64,000 bases of DNA from Hyphochytrium catenoides (taxonomy: Eukaryota; Protista; Hyphochytriomycota), in contig FLMG01003327.1 of assembly GCA_900088475.1 (NCBI GenBank), positions 1 to 64,000 on the forward strand, in the 5' to 3' direction. Below are positions 34,726-47,989 of this stretch, one piece after another (positions within the stretch are counted from its first letter, which is position 1; each line of letters begins with the position of its first letter). Made by a program: the position numbers and the translations under genes. The notes beneath the pieces are model-generated. The model made no database searches. It was given only the letters and a program-made list of their open reading frames with translations, and had not been told where the DNA came from.

Positions 34726-37700
34726 GTGTGTCGATGCAAATCCCTTGAATCCCTTGAAGTAAGGAGCTGTTGTTCCACTTTTCTGCTGAATGTCTTTCAA
34801 GATGCGCAGGATGATGGGGACCATGCCGATGCCGCCACACTTGCCCACACTTTGACGGCTGCCACCGCGGTACTGCACCTCCATCTTGCATTCTGTCCAG
34901 CTATAGCGCTTGGACGAGAGCTCGACCACCGCGGGTTACAATGGGGCTGCCGAGCTCCAACGGTGCTAAATGGTGAGGAGGACAGAGCATCTCACGCAAT
35001 GACTGAGAAGTTCAACTCCCGTTCCAACGTCGCCCAACGCTTGGGCTGGGCGTTTGTGTTGCCTTGCTCTCTTCCCAACGAGGGTGGTGATGACTGCAGG
35101 AGCTCCACTACGGATGATGATCCTTGGGCAAACACTCTCAGGGTTATGGTAGGAAGGCGAAAACGTACAATGACACAAGCATCGATTTGACTCTCTCCTC
35201 CACAGCTCTCCAAGGCAGAGGCCGATGCCTTAGGAATGCAAGGTACTCAGAGCCCGCAGCCCTGCGACCCGTAGCTGCACTAGTACAGTCATGATCCTTA
35301 ATTGACTTTCGGCCATGGCCTTGACACTGATAGCGTGCTGTCCTCTAATCGTGCGACCGGCGCATTGCCTCCACCTCTTTCACTGGCATGGCTGTGTCAG
35401 CCTCCTTTCATTCGCACTCATTTGTCATTTGTCATCGCTTCGATTGCACGCAGAGTATATTTGTTGCCCTGAAGACGGTGACTACAAGGAATTTTTAGTA
35501 AGGGCGGTCAGGAAGTCCGGACAAGGAAATAGACTGGAGTAGGTTATGTTGTGGCCTTTTATTTTCATTTTGCTATGCTGTCAGGGGCTCAGGGGCTCGG
35601 TGGCCTTGAATGTTGTCCGGCACATTCCCCTTTCATCTGTCATCTATTTGCTTCTGTCTCTGTTGCGCCTTGTGATGGTTAGTCTATGAAACTCCCGCTC
35701 CATAGTTTCTTCCCAGCTGGTCACCGCACCTTTGTTTACGGTTTCATGGTTCCTGTTGCCACCTCCGCTGGCCCTGGGATCTTTGCACTCATTACTATCT
35801 CGTTGCACCCCGACTTGGTCCTCGACTAACAGTAAATCCATGTTCTGTTTCATATAAGCGCTCGACATGTCTCCGTTACGGAGCCTGAAGAGGACGAGAC
35901 GCACTGCAAAGAAAAAGATGGGAGCCAGAACAGCTTTAGTGTAGAGTCCTATCTGGAAAATGTTCTGGCTATGCCAAGCAGCAAGTCTTTGGTGCTTCCG
36001 CCTCGACCAATCTTCCAAGTTTCCGGTCGCAATCAAAGCCCACAGACAACCCAGGTAATGCACTCGATTAAGTGCTTAGATGGGTTCGGCTTTACAAGCA
36101 AAAGCTAATGTGCTCATATATGGGGCCGTCCAACCCTATCCTTGAGCAGGATCAGGTCTTTTGGATCATGGATAGACTCTACGAGTTGCGAGAGGAAGCC
36201 TCTGGATCAATAAAGAAGGCTCCGACGTCTGCAGCACCAAGTGAGTGACCACTCCGCTATGAATCTTGCGGGCATGAGAAGATCGACTTACCTGGTATTG
36301 GCAAGGTCTCGCATACATCGTAACAAGTTGCAGGCACCCGAACCTTTTACCTCTAAAGCTCTTGCTAGAGGATGAATCACTTCTGTTTCTCGTGGCTGAT
36401 AGGCCTGCTGTCACCTTCGGAGAGCTTCTAAAGGCACATCGCCACTGTCTTGGGCTGGGATTTAGCGAGAGCTTTGTAAGATCCTGTCCCTTAGCTAACC
36501 TTTATTCAGAAAGCTGTACTAAACCTTACTCACTACTGCCCTCTGTTTTGCTACTCAAACTCATGGCCCTCTTTACTGCTGGTGGGATCAGGGCCAGGGC
36601 CTAAGCACAGACTTACGGATCAGGTTCATACTTTACCAGCTGCTAAAAGCCGTGGCCTTTGTCCGTCGACAAGGCCTACGCTTGAGAGAACTGACGCCTG
36701 GTAGGCTTGGTGTACGTTCTGTTATCTGGCGTGGGCTTCATACCTCTCTTTCCTTACGTCTCTCATTATAAGTCTCATCTCTTCTCTCTTTGCTCTTTCT
36801 TGGTAGTTTTTTCCTTTATTTGCTGTCTCGCTTCATGTTTGACCCTTTCTTCGTTTAGATTGCCTTTTCTTGACGGAAAGGCTGTGGCTGCAACTCGATT
36901 GGACATCCTTGCTAAATAAGAGCCAAATGCCAGAAGCTAAGCGAGACCCGTTCCATAGCAAAAGCTACACTTGGGAAAATGACCTGCGAGAGATAGGGGA
37001 CTTGCAGAGCCGAGAAACAGGAGGCGTTGCGCCAATAGATAGGTTTCTTGAGCGATGGTCTTCCGACAATATGACCTCTAGGTGGTGTCGTGGGGAAATC
37101 TCCAACTTTGAGTACATCATGGCGATTAACAAAGCTGCTGGACGCACAATGGTGGGTTTAATTATATCCCGTTACTCTTCCTCTTGTGCCCCACACATGT
37201 TCCCAGAATGTTCGGTAGACGTCCTCAGGGCGGTCTGTTAAGCTTTAGTCAAAGGCACCACCCGTATGTTTCCTATTGCATCCTCCTTTGCCTTTTTCGT
37301 GCTCTTTCCTCGACTCTTTGTTCAATCTGACAGTGCTTCACGTGCCAGGCGAGTAGTTCCTTCCATCCTGTGCTCCCTTGGGTCACAGACTTTACGGTCC
37401 CTTTTGGCGGCTGGAGGGATCTCCACCGAAGCAAGTTCCGTCTAAATAAGGGGGATCAGCTCCTAGATAGGCTCTACGAGCATGCGCACATACCTCATCA
37501 TATCACCGAGAGGTGAGTAGCTATCATGAACCCTTGTAGACATTCGTTTTGGCAAGCCTCTGTAGTATTGTAAGAGACGATATGCTGCCCTAACTGCTCG
37601 CAACTTGTAGCTTGTCCGAGATCACATACTACATCTACACCGCAAGGAGAACCCCTATGAAGGTGCTGCAGAAGGTGGTTCGGGCCAACTTTGAGGGTCG

Positions 37701-40700
37701 GGAGTATCCTGGGACAATAGAGAGACTGTACGAGTGGACTCCGGATGAGGTAGGCCCATTTAGAGCCGTATTTGGACTTCTTGTATGATCTGTCTGTACC
37801 CGGCACTTGGTCCGTGTAAGCATCTGTTCCTCATTTCTCTGGATGTTTAAGTAGGTGTTGTCCTACAAATAACGTGCTTAATTGCAACCATACACTGATG
37901 CTCCTCCTTCTTTTGGCTCAGTGCATACCGGAGTTTTACTTCGATCCAGATGTCTTCAGGTCGAAGCATGAGAACCTCTCAGACCTAGGCATTCCCAGCT
38001 GGTGCCAGACTCCAGGTACGGCGCGAAGAGAGTAGAGTGGAGAGACAAAAGGAAGGAGAAAAGAAGAAGAGGAGAACAAGAGAGAGAGACAGAGACAGAG
38101 AGAGAGAAAGAAAGAAAGAGCGGGAGAGAGATAGAGAGGGAGAACCCTAGAAAGCTAGCAGAGAAGCGAAGTGCCAGAAGACTACACGGGAGAAAAGTGA
38201 GGAAGAGACCGTACTAAAGTTATCTTCCTTCTGGCACCCAAAGAGTTGATCGTGACTGTTGATGGTTCAGCTATGCTGGGAGTTGCCTAATAGTGATTGC
38301 TTTACTCGCTTCTGCAGAGGAGTTTGTTTACTATCATCGGCGGATGTTGGAGAGTGAGACCGTGAGCCGTAATCTTCATCACTGGATCGATCTTAACTTT
38401 GGCTTTGCCCTTTCTGGAGCGGCTGCTAAGCAGAATAAAAACATTCCTTTCCCCTTTCGTAAGAGAGAAAGGTAAGATGCTCCGATTGGTAGTGATAGCC
38501 TCCCAGCACATTGATCGCTACGCTGTCAGGGGGTGGTTGTCCGTGGATGTGAGATCATATACTGTTGTTTGGCACTTTGATTCCCACCTTATGCTCCAAA
38601 AGGAGTGCCAACTATTTAGCAGTGTCTCTCTTTGCTCATAGCTGGAAGCTCAGAAAGCGACCAGGCTTCGTTCAAATTTTCCAAAAGCCTCATCCAAGGC
38701 GTGAAAAGAGGGCAGGAGTATCGCTGTGGCCAGACGGTAGAGGTAGGGACTATGGATTTTTTAGAAGAGATGATCGACTAAGGTGGTGCTATTGATGGAT
38801 AGTTGCACGAATGACTGCAGAAGAAAGTCCGGATGATAGCCCCACTTTCAAAAAACTCCCTCCTGTCATTGACATAACAACGCCCTCGGCATCCCATCAC
38901 CGGTATGACACTGTTTACGTAGCAGCAATCCTAGCGAGCGGTGCTTCGACGTCTTGCACAGTGTATCATCCATCCCTTTTGGCTAATTTTAGACCTCAGT
39001 CACCCTAACCCTGCTTCCATCGTACCAGATCTCCGCCCAACCGTTTCGGAGTTTCTACGGTCTCAGACTACTCTCAAGCCGTGTCTGAAGCTGTACATCA
39101 GCTTACCCCCTCACCCTCGTCCCCTGTACTAGCTTTCATGTCTAGCAGAGATCCGCCTTCCTTCAGGCATAGTGACGAATTATCAAGATCCGACCTTACT
39201 CTTCTGGCAGGTGACAAGAAGGCAGACGCAACTGAAAGTCATGGAGGACGAGAGACAGCAGGTGAGGTAGTTCTAAATGACTCTGCCGTTAGTCGCTCTA
39301 TGTGGTTCGAAGTTGTCCTACTTCTTCCAGGTCATTATCTGTCCATTCTGCTGCACACTCCCTGCTTGCTACCAGCCATGCTAAAGCGGCCCGATCCCTT
39401 TTCAGCAGGATTAAGGGCATCCATACACTCAAGCCATCCGAGCCACAGCCATACGCATACAGGGGAACGAGAGAGAGAGAAGGGTAGCCCTTTCAATGTA
39501 GGGTTCCTAGCTCCACTTCTGCCGGGCTACCACCACTTCTATGTAGTGAACAGAGAATGCTTGCTATCTCCACAGTCTCTCTGTGTTTCGCTTCCCTCGT
39601 GCCCTACCTGATTGTCCTAGCGTACGTTCTCTTGTTCCTCATTCTCCGTTACGCTCGACTTTATACCAGCTCCGTGGAAAGTTTTCTGGCACCACACCGA
39701 CCAGCTCTCAGACTAGCCAAGGAGGGCCTACGGCAAACACTTCAAACTCTTCTTCGTCTCCGTCTTATCAGGGTATGAGCTAGATGTATTTGATAGTCCC
39801 ATGCATGACTTGCATACACCTTCCTCGGCTCCCTTCGCATGTGCCTCCCGTATCTCGTTCCCTGCCCTCCCTTTGTCGCTTAAACCCTCGTTAGCCGTCG
39901 TCCTGTTGACATCTTGCCTGTAATAAGACAAGAACCTTCTCAAGAGCTGGCTCGTAAATACCGCCAGACTGGAGCATCACGTGAGCCAGGTATCGTTTGG
40001 GTGGACGGTCACTGTCTTAATATGCCATCAAGTCCTTATCTAGAATTACTCATACCTTTAGGTTTGCTCGTTGCATCGATCAGCTCTTTCTTCCACAAAG
40101 CAAGTCACCTTGACTCTACATGTTTGTTATCACTTCATTAAGGAGCCCGAGCGGTCAATCTCAATACCTGAAAGACTTAGCAAGAGTGACAGAGGAAAAA
40201 CGAGTCCGGGAGGCCCAAATGCCCAATGCCTGTTAAACATTCCTCGAGATGCCTCTCCAATTGCGCTGTCGTCAAACTCATCGCCGCTTGTAGCCGTGAG
40301 AATTCATCTGCCAAAGCAAGAACTGGAAGGGGTCAGGTAAGAACCAGAGCATGGAAGGTTAAGAGGGAGGGAGAATTGTTTACCTGCCCACTTTGAGCGT
40401 TTAGAAGGGTTACCAAGTAATGATGGCTAACGTACACAAAGATTGGACCAGGTAGCTCCGGAGGTTCCGGCCTACGGCAACATGGTGGAACCAATGTTAA
40501 ACCCGATCTACTCTCCTATGCAAGTGATGGAAGATGTTGAAGGGATACCAGGAATGAAGAAGGAAGAGAGAAGCGAGTTCGAAGAGGATGAAGCTTTCTC
40601 TGTTGGCTGTTTGCTAGCTGAGATGTACCTAGGTCGGCCATTATTCTCTCGGAGCCGCTACCTTACTTACATAGCATCCCTTGGTACGTTACGGTCCGCT

Positions 40701-43700
40701 ACTCCAGATTCGCCTTCATCTCTGGATATGTGTCCTAAGCCGCTCCTATTATCTTCATGTTGCCCTGCTTTGTCGTTCCTCTTACACCTCTTTATCCTTG
40801 CATCCATAGAGAATCTAGGGGAAGGTGAGACGAAACCGAAAGCAGCCCAGGGGACAAAAATCTTGACAGCACTCCCTGAACTCAGTGCGTTGCCTCCGTA
40901 TGTGCAGGTAAATAGTTTCTTCTGGCTCTATAATTTCATGGAAACCTCTTGATAGCCTTTGCCTGAATACTTACGACCTCTATCGTTCATCGAGCTCACT
41001 CCTCTTCCGGCACTTCATGCCGATGTACGAGGCTTATCTTTGGCTGTAGGTGCATGTCTAGTTACCCTGCTAAGCCGTCTTCAGGACCTTCTTGCAGGTT
41101 TGCTTGATCCGAGTGCTGAGAGGCGGATGAAGGCCCTGAGGTCCGCGTGTGCTCTAGTGGAAGGAGATAATGAGCATGCGGGTGGCCAAGTAAACACCCT
41201 GAACTATTTCTTCCCAACCTACTTTGAAGAGCTGTATGTTAATCTGGTGCGGCTCCAATCTCAGGTATCTGACCCTTCTGGGCTATGTCAGGTTAAGAGT
41301 TCCACTTCCGCCAATAGCGCATTTGCTTGTATGTCAAGGACTCGGTGATACGATAACAGCCAAGGCAAGACTTTAACTGACCTCTCTGACGCTTACCTAT
41401 TCTTGCTGTCTCCCACCAACAGCCATGTCTGGAGGAGCAGCTGAAGGTCGCGAATGACTACCTTCGCAAACTTCTGGCTGCGCCTAGTCCAGCATTCCAT
41501 TTCCTGTTCCCTTATCTCCTTGACTTCTTCGACATACCAACTCAAGGACAGCGAAAAGTTGTCATAGGTACGGCAGCTCTTATGAGAGTTCCTCCTCAGT
41601 CTCTCCCGCCAGTGTTAACGTTGCCCATCCTATAGCACTCCGTTATTTATTTGACTCGCTGGCAAGGATCCTAGGGCCAGAGGAGACGAAGAACTATCTG
41701 TTACCCCCAATTGGTAGGGGCCTGTCGCTCACCAGAACTCCTTTTCCGGCAGGATGTATCCCTCTGCGTGACGTGTGCTCTCATCGACACATGGCCAACA
41801 TACCTAGACATTAGCAGCGTTCTGTTCTTGGTGCTTTGGTCGTAATCCCACCCATCATTTTGCTCTGGCATGAAAAGGAGTTCTCTATAGAGTTCAGCTT
41901 TTCTTTTGACACGCTTTCAATTTTCTGTTCTTATCAATGAACAGCACAACTATTTGACAGCTCGGACGACGCCGTGGTGGTCCGAGCCCTTATTTCTTTC
42001 CCCCTAGTTCGGAGCGTTCTTATCAGGGCAGGCCCAAGTATCTTCTTCCAGCATGTAAGTAACCTCATTTCCGTTTGGTGGTAAGGCTTCCTTATGCGCT
42101 TGCTGGTCAAAGTCTGCTTGTACCAGGACTGATCCCTGGATACATCTTCCCTTTTTTGCCGTTCTTAAGAGACTTGACCTCTAATGTTGCGCGATGCGCC
42201 GATTCCTTTCATCTGTCGCTTCTGTTGAGCAGCTTTTACCATCAATGTTGGACTGGCTGTGTTTCCGATCGGAGGCAGATCACTCAGTCATGGAGGTGAG
42301 AAGTCTAATTGTCGGTATGCAGTCGGACAAGGCAGAGAGAGAGAGCGGGCATTGAGGGAGAGGAATCGGAGGGAAGCGAAAGGGGATCTGGTTGGGAGAA
42401 AGCCGGCGGGAACGACCAGGATGTGCCTCGTACGCTGCCCGCTAGCACACAGAAAGCTCTACAAAGAGGCAGTGATGGCGAGCGTGTAGAAAAGAATAGA
42501 AAAGGAAATTGACCCTAAATGAGGTTAACCCACAGTCAAGCGCTGATAACATTCGCTCTAGGTTGCCGCCCAGACTGTTCGGGACCTGATGACTGTGGAG
42601 ACAATGGGCTCCGGGCTTACATCGCGGTACCTCTTTCCTGCACTGCTCTATCACCTTGGACGCGTCAAGCCAGGAAGCGAGACAAGATCGTTTAACACGT
42701 TAGTTAAGACTCTTAGGAAGTAGTTGAAGATGCTATTCTCTTCTTTGTACTCTGATTCACCAAGGGCGCCCCTTCCAGTTCTCCATGTATCCGATTTCTC
42801 AACCCTAGTTCCCATCTTACGTCGTCCGTAGGGAACTCTCTCATTCGTACGCAGACTGCAAGCTACTCATAGCTCCTCTCTGTACGACAGGCGTCATGAA
42901 GGGACGAGCACACCCGGGGCAGAAGAGTTCTTTCTCCTATTCCCTGCCGACTTCAAATATTCACAGGCCATGCTAGCAAGTGAGTACAGCATTTCTACCT
43001 GTAGGTTGTTAGAGGCGCCTGCCCGTCCCTGAGCTTGTCGGCTTCTACTTCTCCCTATTTGTCCCGAACACCAGCTCGATTCATGCAGCGCGAAGAAGAT
43101 GCCATGCAGTACCATCGCTCTGACATTATAATGCTAGAAAGCAAACTGTCACAAGCTGCCCTCTGACATTTATCTGTTATATCACAGAAGCCATAACAGA
43201 CGTATCGCTTCAACTGGGACTCGTACCGGTAGCCTCGGTCCTCATACCTCATGTTCTGAAGGTCCTACCTGCTCTTGCAGAGTCAATTGGTGGAATGAGC
43301 GTCGGTAGAACTAATTGGGTAAGAAGCATAGTGTGGAAAGCAGAGTCCTTGAGCAGAAGTTGTTTTCGTCTGTGCATCTCTTGAGATGTTGCTCACTTCA
43401 CCCTTGCATCTGTTATCTGTGTTCGGTTTATTTGTATATCTCAGCACTATGACCACCTCTTTACCAGGGTGAGCTGCGAGAAACCGCGAAGGCAATGTTG
43501 GCTGTTTTGGACGTAATAGAAGGAATCCTTCCTCTCCTGGACTCGAAGGTACTAAATCGCATCAAATTGCTAGGTGCAGATGGTGACGATCCTACTAGTT
43601 AATATCTCCTAGCCTCTATTCCTCCCAAAGGTCCTCTAAGCTTTGAGTCTGCGCAGTGAAGTCCCAATTGCTTGCTTCGCGTCCCGTACTTACCCTGTTC

Positions 43701-46700
43701 TGATTGTGCTGATCTCCTCTTGGTAGCAAACGCACCAATGCCATCTCTTCATGAGATCTTTATTGATCCCTATGCTGTACGCAACCTGTCGCTGACGCTT
43801 GTCCGTCTTTTGCCCTCTTTCTTCCGCGCCCGTGGAATTCTCCGTCGGTTCCCTTAATCTACGTCCCTACACTATATGTTTCTTCACTTGTCCCTCTTCG
43901 CCAGACCACTGCATGGGAGCTGCTGTACAATACTCGTTATTCCATCGTTTCGCTACTCTCGGATCTGCCTTTTCCATCATATCGTCTCTCGCAACCAGGA
44001 GCCGTCCTGCCTCCAGGGACGCGTCTATACCCACTTCTGCATTTAAAGCTTGGCAAAATCATTCATGCAGCAGCCTCAAAGGTTGGAATCTCCTTTTGTT
44101 TCAGGCGTATTACTTGTCATATGCATGCCTTTGCGATTGCTTCCTCAGCAGAGGTTCTTACGTGTCTGAATCTGCCAGCCTTCAATATTAGATAATCCCC
44201 AGTTGCTTTTGCGGTTGCTGACTGCTCTGCATATTGTTGCTCACTAAGCCTGCCTCTTACGTTACTCACCTTCACAGGTCGGCCTCCCAGACTCGAAGAA
44301 GACCATCTTCCCTGGTCTTGCTGCTCTATTTAGGAGGTTTACCGAACAGTTCGCGCAGGAGCAGGTATATGAAAAATAGAGACTGCTAGACATAAAAGAG
44401 TTCGGGCTTCACATAGGAAGAAGGCGCAAGGACCGTAAGAGCAATTAACAGTGTGTATGTGGTGAGAACAAGAGATATGTAGCAGAGGGGCGGCTTACGA
44501 TATAGGAGCTTGCCTCGTCTTCTAACACTTCCAGCAGCGAGGGTCCCCAAATTACGAGCTCGGGGAGGTACTGGTCCTCTCGCTCTACTGCCCCTTAGTG
44601 GAACTCTTCGGGCGCCAGGTCATGGAAGAAAATGTAAGCTAGCATCGTCATCTCCGTGGAGTATTCAGATGCGAATGCAACGATGTCATCGGCTTGTGCT
44701 ACAACATCATCCTCTCCCTCATTACTTGCCTGTGTATCAAGCCTTTCTGCACCTAGCGGTAGCCGCTTCTCAATTTTCGTTTGTCAATAATGGTCGCAGA
44801 TACCTACGCTCAACCCACGTCTCGTGTGGAAGTTCTCGAGCCAGCGAGAAGAAGTTTTACCTCCGCATTCTCTTCCTCCAACACTCCTGCACTCTAAAGA
44901 GAGCCGCGCTTCTGGTGTCCTTGATGAGCAAGTGGTAGAAGGAGGAACTGAGCCGTCCGGAGTGGAAAGGGATGGCGAAGAAGACCATCCTGATCACTCA
45001 GAGAACGAGTTTGAAGATGAAGAGCTCCTCCTTCCAGGAGCCATCCCGGACTCGGAGACGGTGGGGGGACAACAGGTGAGGAAATAGAGTTAAAGGGTGC
45101 TTAACGAGACGAGCAGGGCGGCACTTAGAGTTCTTAACGAAATGACTTGAAGTGTGAAAGATCGGTAGTCCACACGCGAAGACAAAGGAGAAGGTTCAGG
45201 ATGCTCTATGAGCACCGGCGAAGAGGGACAGATCTTTGCAGAATTGGGTGAAGGTAACCTTTAAACATGCTAACACCCTTTCGATGCTAGCCTGCGCTCC
45301 CACTGGCTACTCAGGCTGATGAACAGATCAAACTTGAAGAGCAGCTGGAGGCACTTTCAAGGCGCACCGGTATGTTAGGGATTGAGATACTGGGAGAAAA
45401 GCGAGTTATGTGCCTGTATACCTGAATATGGCAGCGCCCAGATAGATGATAGCAGTAGCGGTTTATGCCTTAGCTGTGAATGGGTAAGACTCAAAACGTT
45501 TATCGCGACGAGTGAGATAAATGGCGAGAGGAGTCGCGAGGAGGGATAAAAAAGTAAAAGAGAATACTTCTTTGATTATCTACTCTTTGGTAGGAATGGA
45601 CCTATCTTCCTCCAGCCCAGCCCGCCATACTTCTAGGAATCGTCGACGCCGCCGCGCAGCAATTAATCCTGTCTGGCTGACGGGACCCGAGAAAACCTAT
45701 GATCACAGATCATGGAGCAGGTAAGTCCACCTAAAAGGATAAGTGAGAATGCTAGCTTAGCTAAAGAGAGAAAGGCAAACGGCCTAGAACAGCTGCATGT
45801 TGAGTGTAAACATGCTTGTTATCTACGACAGAGTCAAAGAAGAGATTGTAATGGGTTTGTGCTGTGCTCTGTCATGTCGCTTATAACCTTTACTCTGCTT
45901 AGAACACACGAATCATGGACCTTAGGCACAGACACACGTGACCAGTTACGTGCTCACTCTTCAGCCGTCCGATGCATGGCTGTCAACTCGTCCGAGTCCC
46001 TGCTCCTCTCGGGTTCATCTATCGGAACAGTTCGAGTGTGGAAGCTGACGGTACGTCATCCTCCCATAAGTCTCAATGTGCTAGTATCCTATGCTTGTGC
46101 CCGAAGTGGGCTGCGCTCATGTGCTTGTTCTATGAATATCTATACTTTAGGATTACCCTGTCTCCCTCGAGTATTCCTTCTACAGTCAGCGGGAGCCAGT
46201 GTCTGCCGTCTTTGCGCTTCCCGGAACCTCTCGTATCGGTTCGTGCTCCCGCTCTAGGGTGCAGCTCTGGGATATCAAGACTCAGCAAGTAAAGGCTTTA
46301 TCTCTTCTCAAACCGAATTCCTACCCTCTGATGTCAAACCTGATTTTCGTCTTGGCAGGCAATCTACCAGCTCAGGGAGCAAGGAGACTTTTTCACCTGC
46401 GCTAGTCCGGTGCCAGTAGGTTCAGTGGTGGGCCTGGGATCGGATGTCCTAGCAAGTCAAAATCAGGTGATGATCTCCCCAAGTCTATGTCATAAGCGAC
46501 TACTTTCATACCGCTGCTATTATTTTCTGATATCCCTCTCTTTTTCTCCTCCTCCACTACCACTTTCTCTTCTCCTTAGGTCCTGGTGGCGGCATTGGAT
46601 AAGGTCTCCTGCATTGACTTAAGAGTTCCGAGCAACAAAGCTGTCCCTTCCTGGTCGCTCAAAGGTCAGAGATAGCTTAGGTGTCACGGTAGTCTCAAGA

Positions 46701-47989
46701 TGCGTTCCTATCAGATAATGGATACCAATCCCTGCCTAAGCTTCTTGCTTGGTTCTCACCCTAGTCCATTTGCTTGCATATTGCTGATATTAGCTTCATT
46801 CTCGCTCTTTTACGGTCTTTTCAGCTCCCGGTAGTCCGCCGACAGACTTAAGCCAAAATTTCATCTCCGCCCTGTCCCCTATGTCTGATGGCAAAGTGAT
46901 TGCTGTTGGACAGAGCTCTGGCAACATTACGCTTCTGGACTCCCGGACAGGTCAGTGGAGGGTAGCTATGAGCGGAGGAGAAGTGAAAGGGACGTGGTCA
47001 ATGGTTCGATAGCGGTACGAGCTAGCCTGCAAGGGTAACCTACACACAGGGCAGAAGGAATCCGGACATGCCAACCGACTAGACAGAAGAAGCAACCAAA
47101 CAACCTAACGGCTCTTATCCTACATAGGAGGCTTCCTCCATCGTTTCTCGGCGTCAGAAAGCGATTCTGGTGTGTGTCGTCTCTTCTCTCTTCGTTCTAG
47201 ACAGCTTCTCTCGGTAACTGCAGACAGAAACGTCACGTTATGGAGCCTGGCAGGAGGAGGACGGGTTGAAGAGCGGAGTGTGATGGGAGGTAATGACCTA
47301 GGAGAACGCCTGACCACCAAGCGTTTATCCCTCTTGGGTCTGAAAGACACAACTGGAAACGATAGAGTACAGAGCTTCGATTGCAGTGTTCGAGAACACT
47401 CCCAAGGCTTCACCTTTTACTATGTCTCAGGTAAAATGTCAAGGACACTTGCCTAGCGGTGTATGAGCCAGGAGGGGAGAGATGCTTAGGAAGATGGGGA
47501 AGAGAGACTGGGTGTGATGCCTGGGAAGATGATGAGTCATGGGGAAGAAGTGGCCGGTGCAGTAATAATTGTGTCTGAAGGCAGAGGGAAGGAGCAAGAC
47601 CTCTCACATTAAGTAGGTCTTCTGTTGAGGTGGGCCGAGGCGCGAGACGAGCTACGTCTGGTTCTTTCCCGTCCTTGCTCTGTTTCTCTCTCTGCGTCTC
47701 CCTTCCCCACCTTGCCCACTCCGTTCCTGCATTGCATTCTGGATCCGGTCGTGCCCTGGCTTGTGTCACTTTTTCCCTAACTCATAACACTTTCACAGGT
47801 GGGAAGTATGCTACCGCCACCGTCGCTGGGACTGAAGGAGGAGACGTTGCTGTGGAATCGCTACCGCTCTTTGTTAACGTGTCCCGAGGGAAGACGGAGA
47901 GAGCGAACGCCATCTCGTTTGCCCTGTTACCTCTGCGGCACATGGGGCTCGTGGGGGGAGATGATGGGATTATCCGGGTCATTTGCTAG
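34726..47989 (+). CDS. WDR81: WDR81/GFS12-like BEACH-domain protein (kinase-like segments, BEACH, HEAT-like middle, C-terminal WD40); start uncertain, many exons
   Basis: [92 protein letters not shown]; kinase-like RHPNLL and [17 protein letters not shown]; WD40 [19 protein letters not shown]; ends [11 protein letters not shown]. Confidence 0.88.

Noticed and set aside
5374-47989. Introner-like repeated introns
   Set aside because: No shared sequence or terminal repeats among introns by eye; an all-versus-all intron alignment would be needed to exclude fully
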